64,000 nucleotides of DNA from positions 1 through 64,000 of the forward strand of contig NZ_MWQY01000013.1 in NCBI RefSeq assembly GCF_002087085.1. The letters run 5' to 3'. Each line of letters opens with the position of its first letter. Positions within the stretch are counted from its first letter, which is position 1. Below are positions 40,212 through 49,257 of this stretch, in pieces. The notes under the pieces were generated by a model. The model was given only the letters and a program-made list of their open reading frames with translations. It ran no database searches and was not told the DNA's origin. The position numbers and the translations under genes were made by a program.

Positions 40212-41051
40212 ATGGAATGGATGAGAGAAGGAATTCATAATCCTGGTCTCCCTTCCGGCTGGTACCCCCGCAGTATGGAGAAAATACGTTCTTTCCTTGG
40301 TGAGCTCGACAGGGGCGACGCCATTCCCCATGGCTGCGCCTGTATCGTACCCCACGCAGGATGGACTTTCTCCGGCAGAACAGCTGCCAGAGCCATTGCC
40401 TCCCTGGAAGCCTGCGATGTTATCGTTCTCGTGGGCGGTCATCTTGGTCCCGGGGAAAAGCTTCATTGTCTCCCTTTCAGAGCTTACAACACCCCGGCGG
40501 GTTTTATCGAGACCGACGGGAAACTCGTCTCCCTGATAGATTCCCGCTTTGATCTTCATTATTCCGGCGGAGTTGACAACACAACGGAAGTACAGCTTCC
40601 TCTTATCGCGTTTTATCATCCGGATACGCCGGTTGTCGTGCTTCGTGCTCCCCCTTCCGGGCTTGCGTCTGAACTCGGTCAGATGCTTGCGGAATATGAA
40701 AAAGAAAAGAGCGTAAAGATCGGGGTGATCGGATCCACCGATCTGACCCACTATGGTCCCGGCTACGGTTTTACTCCCAGGGGCCCTGTTGGAGAGGCCT
40801 ATGCCTGGATCCGGGAGGTCAACGACCATCGCTTTATTCAGGCTGCCATGAAGGGGGATGTGCAGCAGCTTCTGCGACTCGGCCTGGCTGAACGCTCGGC
40901 CTGTTCTCCCGGTGCGGCTGCAGCCGCGGTCTCCTTCGCATTTTCCTCGGGGTGCTCAAGAAGCCAACTCCTTGAGTATACCACCAGTTACGATATGATG
41001 CCCTCGGAAAACCTGGTTGGATACGCTGCGGTTCTCTATTCCCCTGCATAG
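40212..41051 (+). CDS. AmmeMemoRadiSam system protein B (MEMO1 family)
   Basis: GWYP, VPHAGWTFSG, EVQLP and STDLTHYG..YGF. Confidence 0.85.
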   Translation: MEWMREGIHNPGLPSGWYPRSMEKIRSFLGELDRGDAIPHGCACIVPHAGWTFSGRTAARAIASLEACDVIVLVGGHLGPGEKLHCLPFRAYNTPAGFIETDGKLVSLIDSRFDLHYSGGVDNTTEVQLPLIAFYHPDTPVVVLRAPPSGLASELGQMLAEYEKEKSVKIGVIGSTDLTHYGPGYGFTPRGPVGEAYAWIREVNDHRFIQAAMKGDVQQLLRLGLAERSACSPGAAAAAVSFAFSSGCSRSQLLEYTTSYDMMPSENLVGYAAVLYSPA

Positions 41052-42646
41052 AGGGAAACGAATTTCAGAAAGAGGCTGCGGGCTTCCTCGATAATTTCGC
41101 CGGTTACTGCGACGGAGGATTCACGCTGCTTTCTCAGAAATGAAATGAGGGGGTAGAGCAGCTGCACGGTACCGGGAGCGTTGTTTCTGAGTTCCTCCGA
41201 GATCTCACGGAGAAGCACGGAGGGTTTCGGGGTTTCCTCCGTCGGAAGGACCTGAAGGGCCTGTGCCCCGGACGATGGGGTACTTCCCGTTGCCAGAAGC
41301 GGGGCGGAAACGCCGTGGATCTTCAGCTTCCCGGAACACGTTTTCAGGTAGGCTGCCATGTTATCCCGGTATCGGTCAAGGCGAGGGCAGGGGTAAAGTC
41401 GGTTGTACTCGGGGATCTCCTGTCCCCTGCGTCCTTCGAAGGTAAATCCCAGGGACTGTGCAAGAAAGGGCGAAGTTCTTGTCTCCCTGAGGCGGAACCA
41501 GCGGTCCACGTAGGTTGCCGGAGCGTAGGGAATCCCTCCGGGCTGGGAATAATCAACGCCGAAGACTGTCAGCTCTTCCATCCCTGCGGAAAGCGCCAGC
41601 GAAAGGGCCGCCTGCAGAACGTTTCCTCCTCCGGTATCCATGATCGGAAGGCCGGTCTTCCGGGCCAGCGCAAGCTCCAAAGGAATCCCGCCGGCAAAGA
41701 CGAAGGGTTTTTTGAGACTGCGAAGCAGTGCCGGCGGCGCGGAGAGGGTGACGGCCCAGGGGATGTCCAGACTTCCCGGCTGCATGGCATGAAGAAGGGT
41801 ATAGTACTGGCTGTCGATGCTGACAACCAGGTCCGGTTTCAGATCCAGCTGCTGAAGAAAGGGAAGGGCGGTGTCCACTGCAATAAGCATGGAGTCCGCG
41901 GCCGTCCGCAGTAACAGCTCACGGTCTTCCCGCAGGCTCGGTCCGGCTCCCACAAGGATGGCCTTTTTTATCGATTTTTCAAAAAGAGAAAGATAATCCG
42001 ATGCTGCGGGAAAGTCCTGAAGATAAGCAAGGTTGGCAATGCAGTTGCGGCTCCACAGAAGTCCGAAGTGGGCCTGCACTGAAAAGTCGTTCCTGATCTG
42101 GTTCAGGGCAAGATCAGCGGCACGTTTAAGCTGCTCATAGCGTTCCCGCCGGCGGATGGAGAGGGCCGGCAGACAGATAAAGCTGAAGCCGCCGTGAAGA
42201 CCCGGCAGGTAGTTGTGCACCAGGTGATCAGTAAGCTCCTCGGGACCGGGATCGAGAAGCATTTTGAAACGCGGGTGTTCCAGGATTTTCCGGTAATCTC
42301 GTCCGCTGAGAAAACTCCTGAGGCGTCCCGGCCCGTCAATGATGAGAAGGACCTCCCTGTCGTTCAGGTTCAGAAACTCTTCCAGGTGCCACGCTGCACC
42401 AAGGCCGTAGACGACGGTGAACCCGGAATTTCCAGCGGTCTGAAGGAGGCGACGAGCCTCACGGGAAGGGTCTATCGTTGAATGCAGAGGATACTCCCGC
42501 TCTCCAAAGGTTTCGTACACAATCTGCAGGCCGTTTTTTGACGATGAGAAGCGGATGTACGGCTCCGGATCCGCCGCCAAAACCCGGCGGGCTATCTCCG
42601 GAAAGCGGCGTCCAAGGATGCTCAGGTTTGCTTCCAGAAGCTTCAC
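41036..42646 (-). CDS. Maf/MptE-like (DUF115) protein
   Basis: LVGAGPSL, IAVDTAL, PDLVVSID, GGNV and GVD. GTG at 42646 has SD GGAGG and overlaps the upstream stop. Confidence 0.8.
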   Translation of the reverse strand: MKLLEANLSILGRRFPEIARRVLAADPEPYIRFSSSKNGLQIVYETFGEREYPLHSTIDPSREARRLLQTAGNSGFTVVYGLGAAWHLEEFLNLNDREVLLIIDGPGRLRSFLSGRDYRKILEHPRFKMLLDPGPEELTDHLVHNYLPGLHGGFSFICLPALSIRRRERYEQLKRAADLALNQIRNDFSVQAHFGLLWSRNCIANLAYLQDFPAASDYLSLFEKSIKKAILVGAGPSLREDRELLLRTAADSMLIAVDTALPFLQQLDLKPDLVVSIDSQYYTLLHAMQPGSLDIPWAVTLSAPPALLRSLKKPFVFAGGIPLELALARKTGLPIMDTGGGNVLQAALSLALSAGMEELTVFGVDYSQPGGIPYAPATYVDRWFRLRETRTSPFLAQSLGFTFEGRRGQEIPEYNRLYPCPRLDRYRDNMAAYLKTCSGKLKIHGVSAPLLATGSTPSSGAQALQVLPTEETPKPSVLLREISEELRNNAPGTVQLLYPLISFLRKQRESSVAVTGEIIEEARSLFLKFVSLYAGE

Positions 42647-44130
42647 GTTTCCTCCATGGAGGAAACGATTTCCCGCAGCTCCAGGATCTTCCCCGCTGTG
42701 TATTCGTCCGGATCCGCCTCGATTCCGGGAGGACATAATTTCAGCCGGAGCTCTCTGAAAAGGGGAGAGGAGGGATCCCGTGAAGCCATCCGACGGCTGT
42801 CGTCAAGGAGTTGTAACAAACGATCCTTTCTGAGACTGAAGGACGGGACGGAAATTCCCTGGAACGAGAGTCGCCCCTCGCTGCCTGAAATCTCTTCAGG
42901 ATGTGGTGCCTGGACCGGAGGAAAAGGAAGGCCAATCCTGGATGGATTAAGCCGGAGAATTCTGTGCGCTGTCTCCTCCCCGAGGCCTGCGAACCAGTCG
43001 CTGTAGGTCCGGAGAGACGGAGACTGGCCCTGCTCCGGGGCTGTGTCCCGGGAGTAGCGGTATTTCCGGGAATAGAGAGGATGCGTACGGCAGACGTCTT
43101 TTGAAAAAGCAGGGTCAAAGCTGTGGGGCCGCACATGGGGATGTATATCGTCATAGCAAAGGTCGAGGCCGGCAATTATTACCGGTTCCCTGCTCAGGCC
43201 GAGGGAAAAGAATATGGCGCTTGCGGCGACGGTACCCATGGCAGGAATATTCAGGGGTTCGATATCAAGCAGGGACCAGAGGGCCTCCTCAAAAGGTTCA
43301 CCGCAGCTTACGGGAAGAACCGGGCCCATGTGGCGGCGGATGCCGGTATCTGTAAAAAGCGGAGCCGCCAGAGGGACCTTCATGCCCTGAGCTTCTGAGA
43401 GATGCAGAGAGGCGTAGTACCCGGGATCTGTCTGGATAATGATGTCCGGAATACGCCCCAGGTTTCTGAGAAAGCTGAGGCTTGAGGGCAGGGCGATAAG
43501 GGCGGCCCTGCTGTTTCGAATATACTCCTCGTCGCGATTAAGGCTCGGACCTGATGCCGCAATCAGAAAGGGCCCCCGGGATTCTGAAATCCGGCAGAAA
43601 TTCTGCGGGAAAAGGAAGTTGGATATACTGTTCCGTATCCAGCGGAAGCCGAAGGCTTTTATGGTGGTTATGTTACCGTTCAGAATGCGTATCCGCCGCT
43701 GGATTTTCGCGAGTACCTCCGAGGCTGTATCGGAAAATGCATTGATCGACGGCTGCCATTCCAGAAGAGCAAAACCCTGGACAAGGAGGATCTCTTCGTC
43801 AATGCAGCCCGTGAGGATTGCATCCAGAGGGTCCGAGGCCGGGGACCAGTATATTTCCCTTGCACCTCCGGAGAGATTCTCCGTCATCAGGTCGGAATGA
43901 AGAGACAGACTGACTATTCTTGTTTCGGGAAAGGTTCTGCGGACAGCCCCGGCAAGATACCCCAGCAGGTCACCGACAATAAGGACAGTCCCGGAGGCCT
44001 TAAAGGAACCGTGTATGCTGGAACGGACAAAACGTTCAGCTTCTCTGGAAGGATCAAACCGGGATATCAGGGCCCTGCCGTCCATGAGGGGAATGATATC
44101 TCCTGTTCGGCTTGCTTCAAAGCTCAGCAT
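42643..44130 (-). CDS. Maf/MptE-like (DUF115) protein
   Basis: SRFDP.REA, IAASGPSL, PDIIIQTD, GTVA and AGLDL. Confidence 0.78.
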   Translation of the reverse strand: MLSFEASRTGDIIPLMDGRALISRFDPSREAERFVRSSIHGSFKASGTVLIVGDLLGYLAGAVRRTFPETRIVSLSLHSDLMTENLSGGAREIYWSPASDPLDAILTGCIDEEILLVQGFALLEWQPSINAFSDTASEVLAKIQRRIRILNGNITTIKAFGFRWIRNSISNFLFPQNFCRISESRGPFLIAASGPSLNRDEEYIRNSRAALIALPSSLSFLRNLGRIPDIIIQTDPGYYASLHLSEAQGMKVPLAAPLFTDTGIRRHMGPVLPVSCGEPFEEALWSLLDIEPLNIPAMGTVAASAIFFSLGLSREPVIIAGLDLCYDDIHPHVRPHSFDPAFSKDVCRTHPLYSRKYRYSRDTAPEQGQSPSLRTYSDWFAGLGEETAHRILRLNPSRIGLPFPPVQAPHPEEISGSEGRLSFQGISVPSFSLRKDRLLQLLDDSRRMASRDPSSPLFRELRLKLCPPGIEADPDEYTAGKILELREIVSSMEET

Positions 44131-44133
44131 CGG

Positions 44134-45189
44134 CTAAGGCTGCTTCTCCGGCGGATACTGGGCAATAAGTTCCTCCAGGGAATCAAATGCGGCGGGAGGA
44201 GGTGCCAGGTGAAAATCTATCCCGGCCTCATTATCGGAAAAAAAGTTCTGCAGGGCAAGGCGAACCTGATGCTGCAGAAGCTTCGGATTCGGACGCTGCC
44301 GGGTTCCCAGCAGCAGGAGATACTCCTCGTCCTTCAGCGGAACAATCCGGGAGCTGCCCTCGAAGAGGGTTTCGATGATCCGCAGGCTGTCTCTCCTGGC
44401 TCTGAAAAGATCTACATCCGCGGAGAGGGCGGCAAGATGTATCAGCAGTCTGTTGAGGGAAAACCTTATTGCCGTCAATTCCTTTTTCCGGGAGTCAATC
44501 TTTCTCAGAAAATCTTTGATCTCCGAAACGCTGCCGGAGCTGCCTGTTCCCGGACTGCTCAAGCGGAGCAGTTTGTTTCGCCGGAGATAATTGCCCAGAG
44601 AAAGCTGCAGGGCCTCTATCTGATCTTCCGCCAGCGAAATGTAGTCCAGTTCGTTCGGCTCTTCGCCGAAAAGAAGGATCATTCCCGCCGGTTCATCATC
44701 GACACGGATCGCCAGCATGCGCAGATCTTCCAGGAGTTCATATTCCCTTGAAGAGAGAAAGGGCTCAAGAAAGGAGTAATCGTCAAAGGAGAGCCACGTC
44801 CCCTTCCGGGGGCTGCTGAAGGCATCTGCCGGAAAGCGGAGGCGGTTCCGGCTGGTAACATCCAGTCCGGTCTGTGCCCTGGGCAGAAAAAAACGCTCGT
44901 CCCTGTTTTTTGTGAGAAAAGCGCCTTTTTTTATGGAAAAAAGTTGTTTGACGTCTTCGAAAAGCTCCACGATCCCTTCCAGGGAGGGTGCCAGACTGTC
45001 GATCTTATCGCAGAGCTCCGTCAGCCCGGCCGCTGTGTCGGCCAGGTTTTTTTTTTTGCCCGGATCCCTGCCCGATTCGCCGCTTTTATTATCAGCCGGA
45101 GAGCTGTGGTCTTTGTACTCCTCAGCTCGGGCCCGCAAACCGCTTTTTGGCAGATTGCGGCGGGCCGAGGCTTTCTCAAGCAATCCCAT
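44134..45189 (-). CDS. hypothetical protein with basic N-terminus and GAF-like core
   Basis: Its start overlaps the upstream stop (TAATG); GLLEKA/GLRARA repeats; an A11 tract within the KKKN codons. Confidence 0.7.
   Translation of the reverse strand: MGLLEKASARRNLPKSGLRARAEEYKDHSSPADNKSGESGRDPGKKKNLADTAAGLTELCDKIDSLAPSLEGIVELFEDVKQLFSIKKGAFLTKNRDERFFLPRAQTGLDVTSRNRLRFPADAFSSPRKGTWLSFDDYSFLEPFLSSREYELLEDLRMLAIRVDDEPAGMILLFGEEPNELDYISLAEDQIEALQLSLGNYLRRNKLLRLSSPGTGSSGSVSEIKDFLRKIDSRKKELTAIRFSLNRLLIHLAALSADVDLFRARRDSLRIIETLFEGSSRIVPLKDEEYLLLLGTRQRPNPKLLQHQVRLALQNFFSDNEAGIDFHLAPPPAAFDSLEELIAQYPPEKQP
45025..45057 (+). other. GC hairpin plus T11 inside the coding region (antisense terminator-like, or an A11 slippage site on the sense strand)
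   Basis: cccggccg-ctgtgt-cggccagg followed by 11 T (45047-45057). Confidence 0.55.
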
Positions 45190-47486
45190 TAGGACGATAT
45201 CCCCAGTTCATCAAACAGTTTCTGATATACCTTGAAATGCTCGGATCTGGCAAACTCTTCAATCTTCTCTTCCGGCAGAGCCTCAAGAAGCTGGTCCATA
45301 TAGGAGAGAACAGACTTTATCTCACTCTGCAGCGCAGGATTAAGGTCCAGAGACTCTGCGGAAGCTGCAGCATCTTCCCCGGTATACTCGGGTTCCGTGG
45401 CGGAATCTTCATACTCTTCTGCAGAAAGCTCATCAGCTTCGATTTCTTCAAAGTCATCAACAGAATCCCCGGCTTCAAGGCCGATTTCCTCTTCGCTCAG
45501 GTCGAGAATTTCATTCTCGGGAAATTCCGCCTCTTCTTCTGATGCTTCGATAATCTCTTCCATCTCCTGGGAGTCCTCGGGAGATATTTCCAGCTCTATT
45601 TCTTCCTCCAGATCTTCCAGTTCATTCCCGGTATCTTCGCCTTCAGTTTCCTCTTCTGCTTCGAGGGAAAGCTCTTCTTCCAGTTCTGAATCTTCCGATC
45701 CAAGTTCCAGATCTTCCAGATCGAGGTCTGCAAAATCCGGCTCTTCTGACTCTTCTCCAAACTCATCTTCGCTGAGGCTGAACTCATCACCTGCTTCAGT
45801 CTCCGGCTCTTCGGTACGTTCTTCCGCCGGGTACAGTTCTTCTTCCTCGATATCGAGGATGTCTTCGCCATCAAGAAGATCATCCGATCCAAGGTGTTCT
45901 TCAGGATTGTCCAGAAGTTCCAGTTCATCCTCGTCAAGGGTGTCAGCTGCTTCCGGGCTTTCGTCCAGATCCTCAAAATCATCCATGGCGGTGATGTCGA
46001 GTTCTTCCACTGCCTCGGATTCGGAAATATCGAAGTCTTCATCGTCTGCCCCGATTTCAGGCAGGCTTATCTCCTCTGCAGTTGCTTCCTCTTCCTCTTC
46101 AGGAATTCCCAGATCCGAAAGATCAAGCTCCTCCCCGGTATCCAGATCGGAAAGCTCGAGTTCATCCTCTTCGGTATCCGGCTCCGAGAGGTCTATTTCC
46201 TCTTCATGTTCCTCTTCCGGGCTTTCCAGTCCTGAAAGATCAAGCTCTTCAGTTTCTGACTCTTCCGTGCTTTCTTCGGCGGGGGAGAAGTCGATGGCCT
46301 CCGCAAGGCTGCTGTCCATGCTGGAGATGTTGATGTCGAGTTCCTCTTCGGGACCTTCGGAAGCTTTTCCCGCCTCTTCCGTAACATCCGCAGTATTCAG
46401 AATGTTGTCGAGCTCATCACCGGTCAGCGCGATGGTTTCATCCTCGTCTTCCTCGAAAAAGCCGGGCAGGCGCTCTTCGTCTTCCTCCTGATCCCGGTCC
46501 GCCGCTTCCCTTTCGGCGCCTGCGGGGGAAAGCTTCAGGCTGCTGAGCTCACTCTTGAGGGAGGCAAGTTCATCGCGAATTGAATGCAGTTCATCTTCAA
46601 TTTTCCTCAGAACTTCGGATTTTTCCTCTATGGCCGTGTCCAGTTCTGAAGAGACGATGTTCTCCTCCACAAGGTTCTCCACGGAAAGTTCCGGCAGATC
46701 CTCTTCTTCGTCCTGTCCCAGGTCATCCAGGCTTATCTCCTCGGGTTCTTCGGAGAAAACGGAAGTATCGGAGAGTCCGGATTCTTCGGAATCCTTCTCC
46801 AGAGACATGGCTTCAAACTCTTCCTCATCAAAGGAGGGAAGTTCTTCCTGTCCGGCTTCCTCCGTATCCGCTTCCAGATTATCCAGGTCTAAATCGAAAA
46901 AGTCCTCTTCCTCGGATTCCCGGATTTCGTCTGCAGCTTCTTCTTCCTTATCCGGTGCTTCATATTCTGGTTCAAACAACTCGTCTTCCTCGTGCTGAGA
47001 GGTCTCTTCTTCCGAAGCCGGTTCGGAAAAAGAATCCTCCGGGGTGTCGATGGTGAAGATGTCTTCGTCGAGGGAGAACTCTTCCTCCGAAGGACTTTCC
47101 TGCTCTTCGGCTTCTTCCTCTTCGATGGAGTCAAAATCACTCATATCATCCAGGTCCTCCAGGCTGAAATCTTCCTCTATTGAATCATCCTCGCCGAATT
47201 CAGTCATCTCCGGGGCCTGCTCTGAAGTCGTATCGTCATTATTGTCTTCTTCTTCGGAGCCGCCTGTTTCAAGGTCTCCGAGAAGAGACTCCTCTTCCTC
47301 GGTCAGGAATGATGTGGCCCCTTCTATCTCGGGCAGATTCTCAAGGGAAAATGAGTCGCCGTCCGTTGTTTCGTCAATGTCTTCAGGGCCGGATTTTACC
47401 CAGACTCCGTACTCCTCAAGGGTCCCCCCCGTTGAATCGAGTTGTTCTGATGTATCCAGCGTATCAAAATCCTTTTCAACACCCAT
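45189..47486 (-). CDS. very acidic, largely disordered protein with a central coiled coil and helical C-terminal domain
   Basis: 765 aa dominated by D/E; non-repetitive islands LEEYGVWVK, LRKIEDELHSIRDELASLKSEL, GFF...DETIALTGDELDNIL and EIKSVLSYMDQLLEALPEEKIEEFA. Confidence 0.85.
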   Translation of the reverse strand: MGVEKDFDTLDTSEQLDSTGGTLEEYGVWVKSGPEDIDETTDGDSFSLENLPEIEGATSFLTEEEESLLGDLETGGSEEEDNNDDTTSEQAPEMTEFGEDDSIEEDFSLEDLDDMSDFDSIEEEEAEEQESPSEEEFSLDEDIFTIDTPEDSFSEPASEEETSQHEEDELFEPEYEAPDKEEEAADEIRESEEEDFFDLDLDNLEADTEEAGQEELPSFDEEEFEAMSLEKDSEESGLSDTSVFSEEPEEISLDDLGQDEEEDLPELSVENLVEENIVSSELDTAIEEKSEVLRKIEDELHSIRDELASLKSELSSLKLSPAGAEREAADRDQEEDEERLPGFFEEDEDETIALTGDELDNILNTADVTEEAGKASEGPEEELDINISSMDSSLAEAIDFSPAEESTEESETEELDLSGLESPEEEHEEEIDLSEPDTEEDELELSDLDTGEELDLSDLGIPEEEEEATAEEISLPEIGADDEDFDISESEAVEELDITAMDDFEDLDESPEAADTLDEDELELLDNPEEHLGSDDLLDGEDILDIEEEELYPAEERTEEPETEAGDEFSLSEDEFGEESEEPDFADLDLEDLELGSEDSELEEELSLEAEEETEGEDTGNELEDLEEEIELEISPEDSQEMEEIIEASEEEAEFPENEILDLSEEEIGLEAGDSVDDFEEIEADELSAEEYEDSATEPEYTGEDAAASAESLDLNPALQSEIKSVLSYMDQLLEALPEEKIEEFARSEHFKVYQKLFDELGISS

Positions 47487-47521
47487 GGCCGTCTCCCGGA
47501 TTATAGTTCACAGTACTCAAT

Positions 47522-47549
47522 ATATCGGCAAGAATCAATCATCCATTGA
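47522..47549 (-). promoter_or_regulatory. sigma28 (FliA/SigD)-like promoter
   Basis: TCAA-N16-GCCGATAT, 35 nt upstream of the acidic-protein ATG. Confidence 0.6.
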
Positions 47550-47620
47550 ACAGAAATCTGATGCCCACTGTATAGTCAGAAATATATGCAGGAAACCCGG
47601 TATATACAGGTACTATCCAA

Positions 47621-47771
47621 GGGCTACCTCGTAACGCTGCCCTTATTCCATATCCTGTGTCCTCAGGTTTTTCCGCGATCCTCAACTCTGTATCAGCACG
47701 AGAGTTTGCGGGCACTGCAGGACCTGTCCTTCCTGATCAGGATAAAAAATACCATGGTTTTGGAGGCGCCC
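47621..47771 (-). repeat. structured MITE-like element, diverged copy A
   Basis: The reverse complement is colinear with 54099-54247 (tggtattttt, gcccgcaaactct, tgagga.cgcgg, ggatatgg, gaggt); the ends are imperfectly complementary. Confidence 0.75.
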
Positions 47772-47776
47772 CAATA

Positions 47777-47803
47777 TAAAGTTTAACCCTAGTTGGCCGT
47801 TAT
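47777..47803 (+). promoter_or_regulatory. sigma28-like promoter, probably leaderless
   Basis: TAAAGTTT-N11-GCCGTTAT, 7 nt before the ATG at 47811. Confidence 0.55.
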
Positions 47804-47810
47804 TTAAAGT

Positions 47811-48266
47811 ATGAAGATTGGTACCCGTCTGCTTTTCTCGTTATATATCGGCTTTATGGCTGCCTCGCTTGTCTACTACCTGTACAGTCCAACGGGATTA
47901 TTTGCTTATCGTCAGCTTCAGGGTGAGATTGTACGCCTTGAAAATAATCTTCAGGACCTGAAGGATCTTCACAGGGAGCTTTCCGGAGAATTCGACTCCC
48001 TGCGACGATCTTCCGAGACGGTAATTCTTCGGGCGCGGGACCTGGGCTATGCCCGGAGCGGTGAAACATTCCTGATGCTAGAGGATTTTAAGCCCAGACC
48101 GGGAAACTACTATTCCGTCGGACGGATTATAACTCCTGGAGCGGCTGAAGCGAATCGTAATGCAGCCTCCCTTCTGACTGGCATTGTTTCCATGGCTGCG
48201 GCTTTTCTGCTTATCGCAATTTTTACCAATCCCAGGGGAAGGGCAGACGGTTCTGCCCACAGTTAA
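47811..48266 (+). CDS. septum formation initiator family protein (FtsB/DivIC-like)
   Basis: TM segment, TGL..Y, coiled coil and ARDLGYARSGE; has an extra C-terminal TM. Confidence 0.78.
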   Translation: MKIGTRLLFSLYIGFMAASLVYYLYSPTGLFAYRQLQGEIVRLENNLQDLKDLHRELSGEFDSLRRSSETVILRARDLGYARSGETFLMLEDFKPRPGNYYSVGRIITPGAAEANRNAASLLTGIVSMAAAFLLIAIFTNPRGRADGSAHS

Positions 48267-49255
48267 TGATGAAAACTCCTGACGGGATTCTGCTCAATCT
48301 TCAACCCTTTCCGCCCCGGGGAGAAATAATGCGGGACCTGCTCCTTGTCCTTAAGGAGCGGGATATACATACCTTCTATATCGACCCCGACAGACAGTTC
48401 TGCTGGAGTTTCGATCCAGCCCTGAAGGATTCCGCTGCCTACCCGGAAGAGTTCTTCCGGGGACTGCTTGCGACCGCAGAATCCCTCGGGCTCACACTGA
48501 TTCCCGTTCTCTCCACCCGACGGATCTTTGAATTCATTCATGCCCATCCCGGAACAAAGAGCTCTGTATTGCCCGAAAAAGGAGCGCCCCAGATAAGTAT
48601 CATTCAGCATCTTGTTGAAGACATGGTGGAGGATCTGCTCTCCGTGTTTGCCATGTCTCCCTGCATCGCAGTCACTGATTGCGGCCTGGAAGATGCGGAG
48701 GGCTCCGAAACCATGATTCCCGGGATATCCGAAATCCTGGAAGGGGTAGCTGAAGCCTTTGAGGAGAATCTTATTTCAATTGAACCCGGGGAGTGCTCAT
48801 ATGTCGAGGCAGAGGAAATCCGCGCCGGGTTTTCCGGCATTGTAAGGGTCCGTTCCAGACGTTTTTCGGGATTTTCCCTGCCGTCTCCCCCGGCATGGCT
48901 GGAACTGCTTCCGGAACCCCTGGTTTCTCGGGTCGCGGAGTTCACGGATTCCTATGCTCGAACAGACACACTTTTCAACGAGGCCTGGCACCTTCTGCGC
49001 CTCAGGTGGGAGAGAAGAACGGGAAGTGCGGCTCCCTTCATGGCAAGGCTGCGGGAGATCCGGAAGTTCGCTTCTCCTTTAAGGGAGCAGGGGAAAAGGC
49101 TTTTTCATTCGGAATGGTTCGAAAATGAACAGAGACGATGGCATTACTCCCTTTACGAGGCTGCTCTCCACCAGTTTGCAGTCCGGCCGGGATCCCAGGA
49201 GGAACTCTCCTCTGTCCGCGCACTGCTGGATCCGGTATCTGGAGTCAAGAGGTAG
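48266..49255 (+). CDS. hypothetical protein with a degenerate GH20-like N-terminus
   Basis: GILLNLQ..PP and AYPEE....L...AESLGLTLIPVL; coupled to the upstream gene (TAATG). Confidence 0.55.
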   Translation: MMKTPDGILLNLQPFPPRGEIMRDLLLVLKERDIHTFYIDPDRQFCWSFDPALKDSAAYPEEFFRGLLATAESLGLTLIPVLSTRRIFEFIHAHPGTKSSVLPEKGAPQISIIQHLVEDMVEDLLSVFAMSPCIAVTDCGLEDAEGSETMIPGISEILEGVAEAFEENLISIEPGECSYVEAEEIRAGFSGIVRVRSRRFSGFSLPSPPAWLELLPEPLVSRVAEFTDSYARTDTLFNEAWHLLRLRWERRTGSAAPFMARLREIRKFASPLREQGKRLFHSEWFENEQRRWHYSLYEAALHQFAVRPGSQEELSSVRALLDPVSGVKR

Positions 49256-49257
49256 AT

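Noticed and set aside
40212..41051. Complete AmmeMemoRadiSam system
   Set aside because: Only the MEMO1-like gene is present; no AMMECR1 or radical SAM partner in the window.
45397..46491. 364-aa Ser-rich ORF
   Set aside because: Mirror of the Glu/Asp codons of the acidic protein.
47621..47771. Calling this element 6S RNA
   Set aside because: A second copy with TIRs and a target duplication favours a MITE; it cannot be confirmed without a covariance search.
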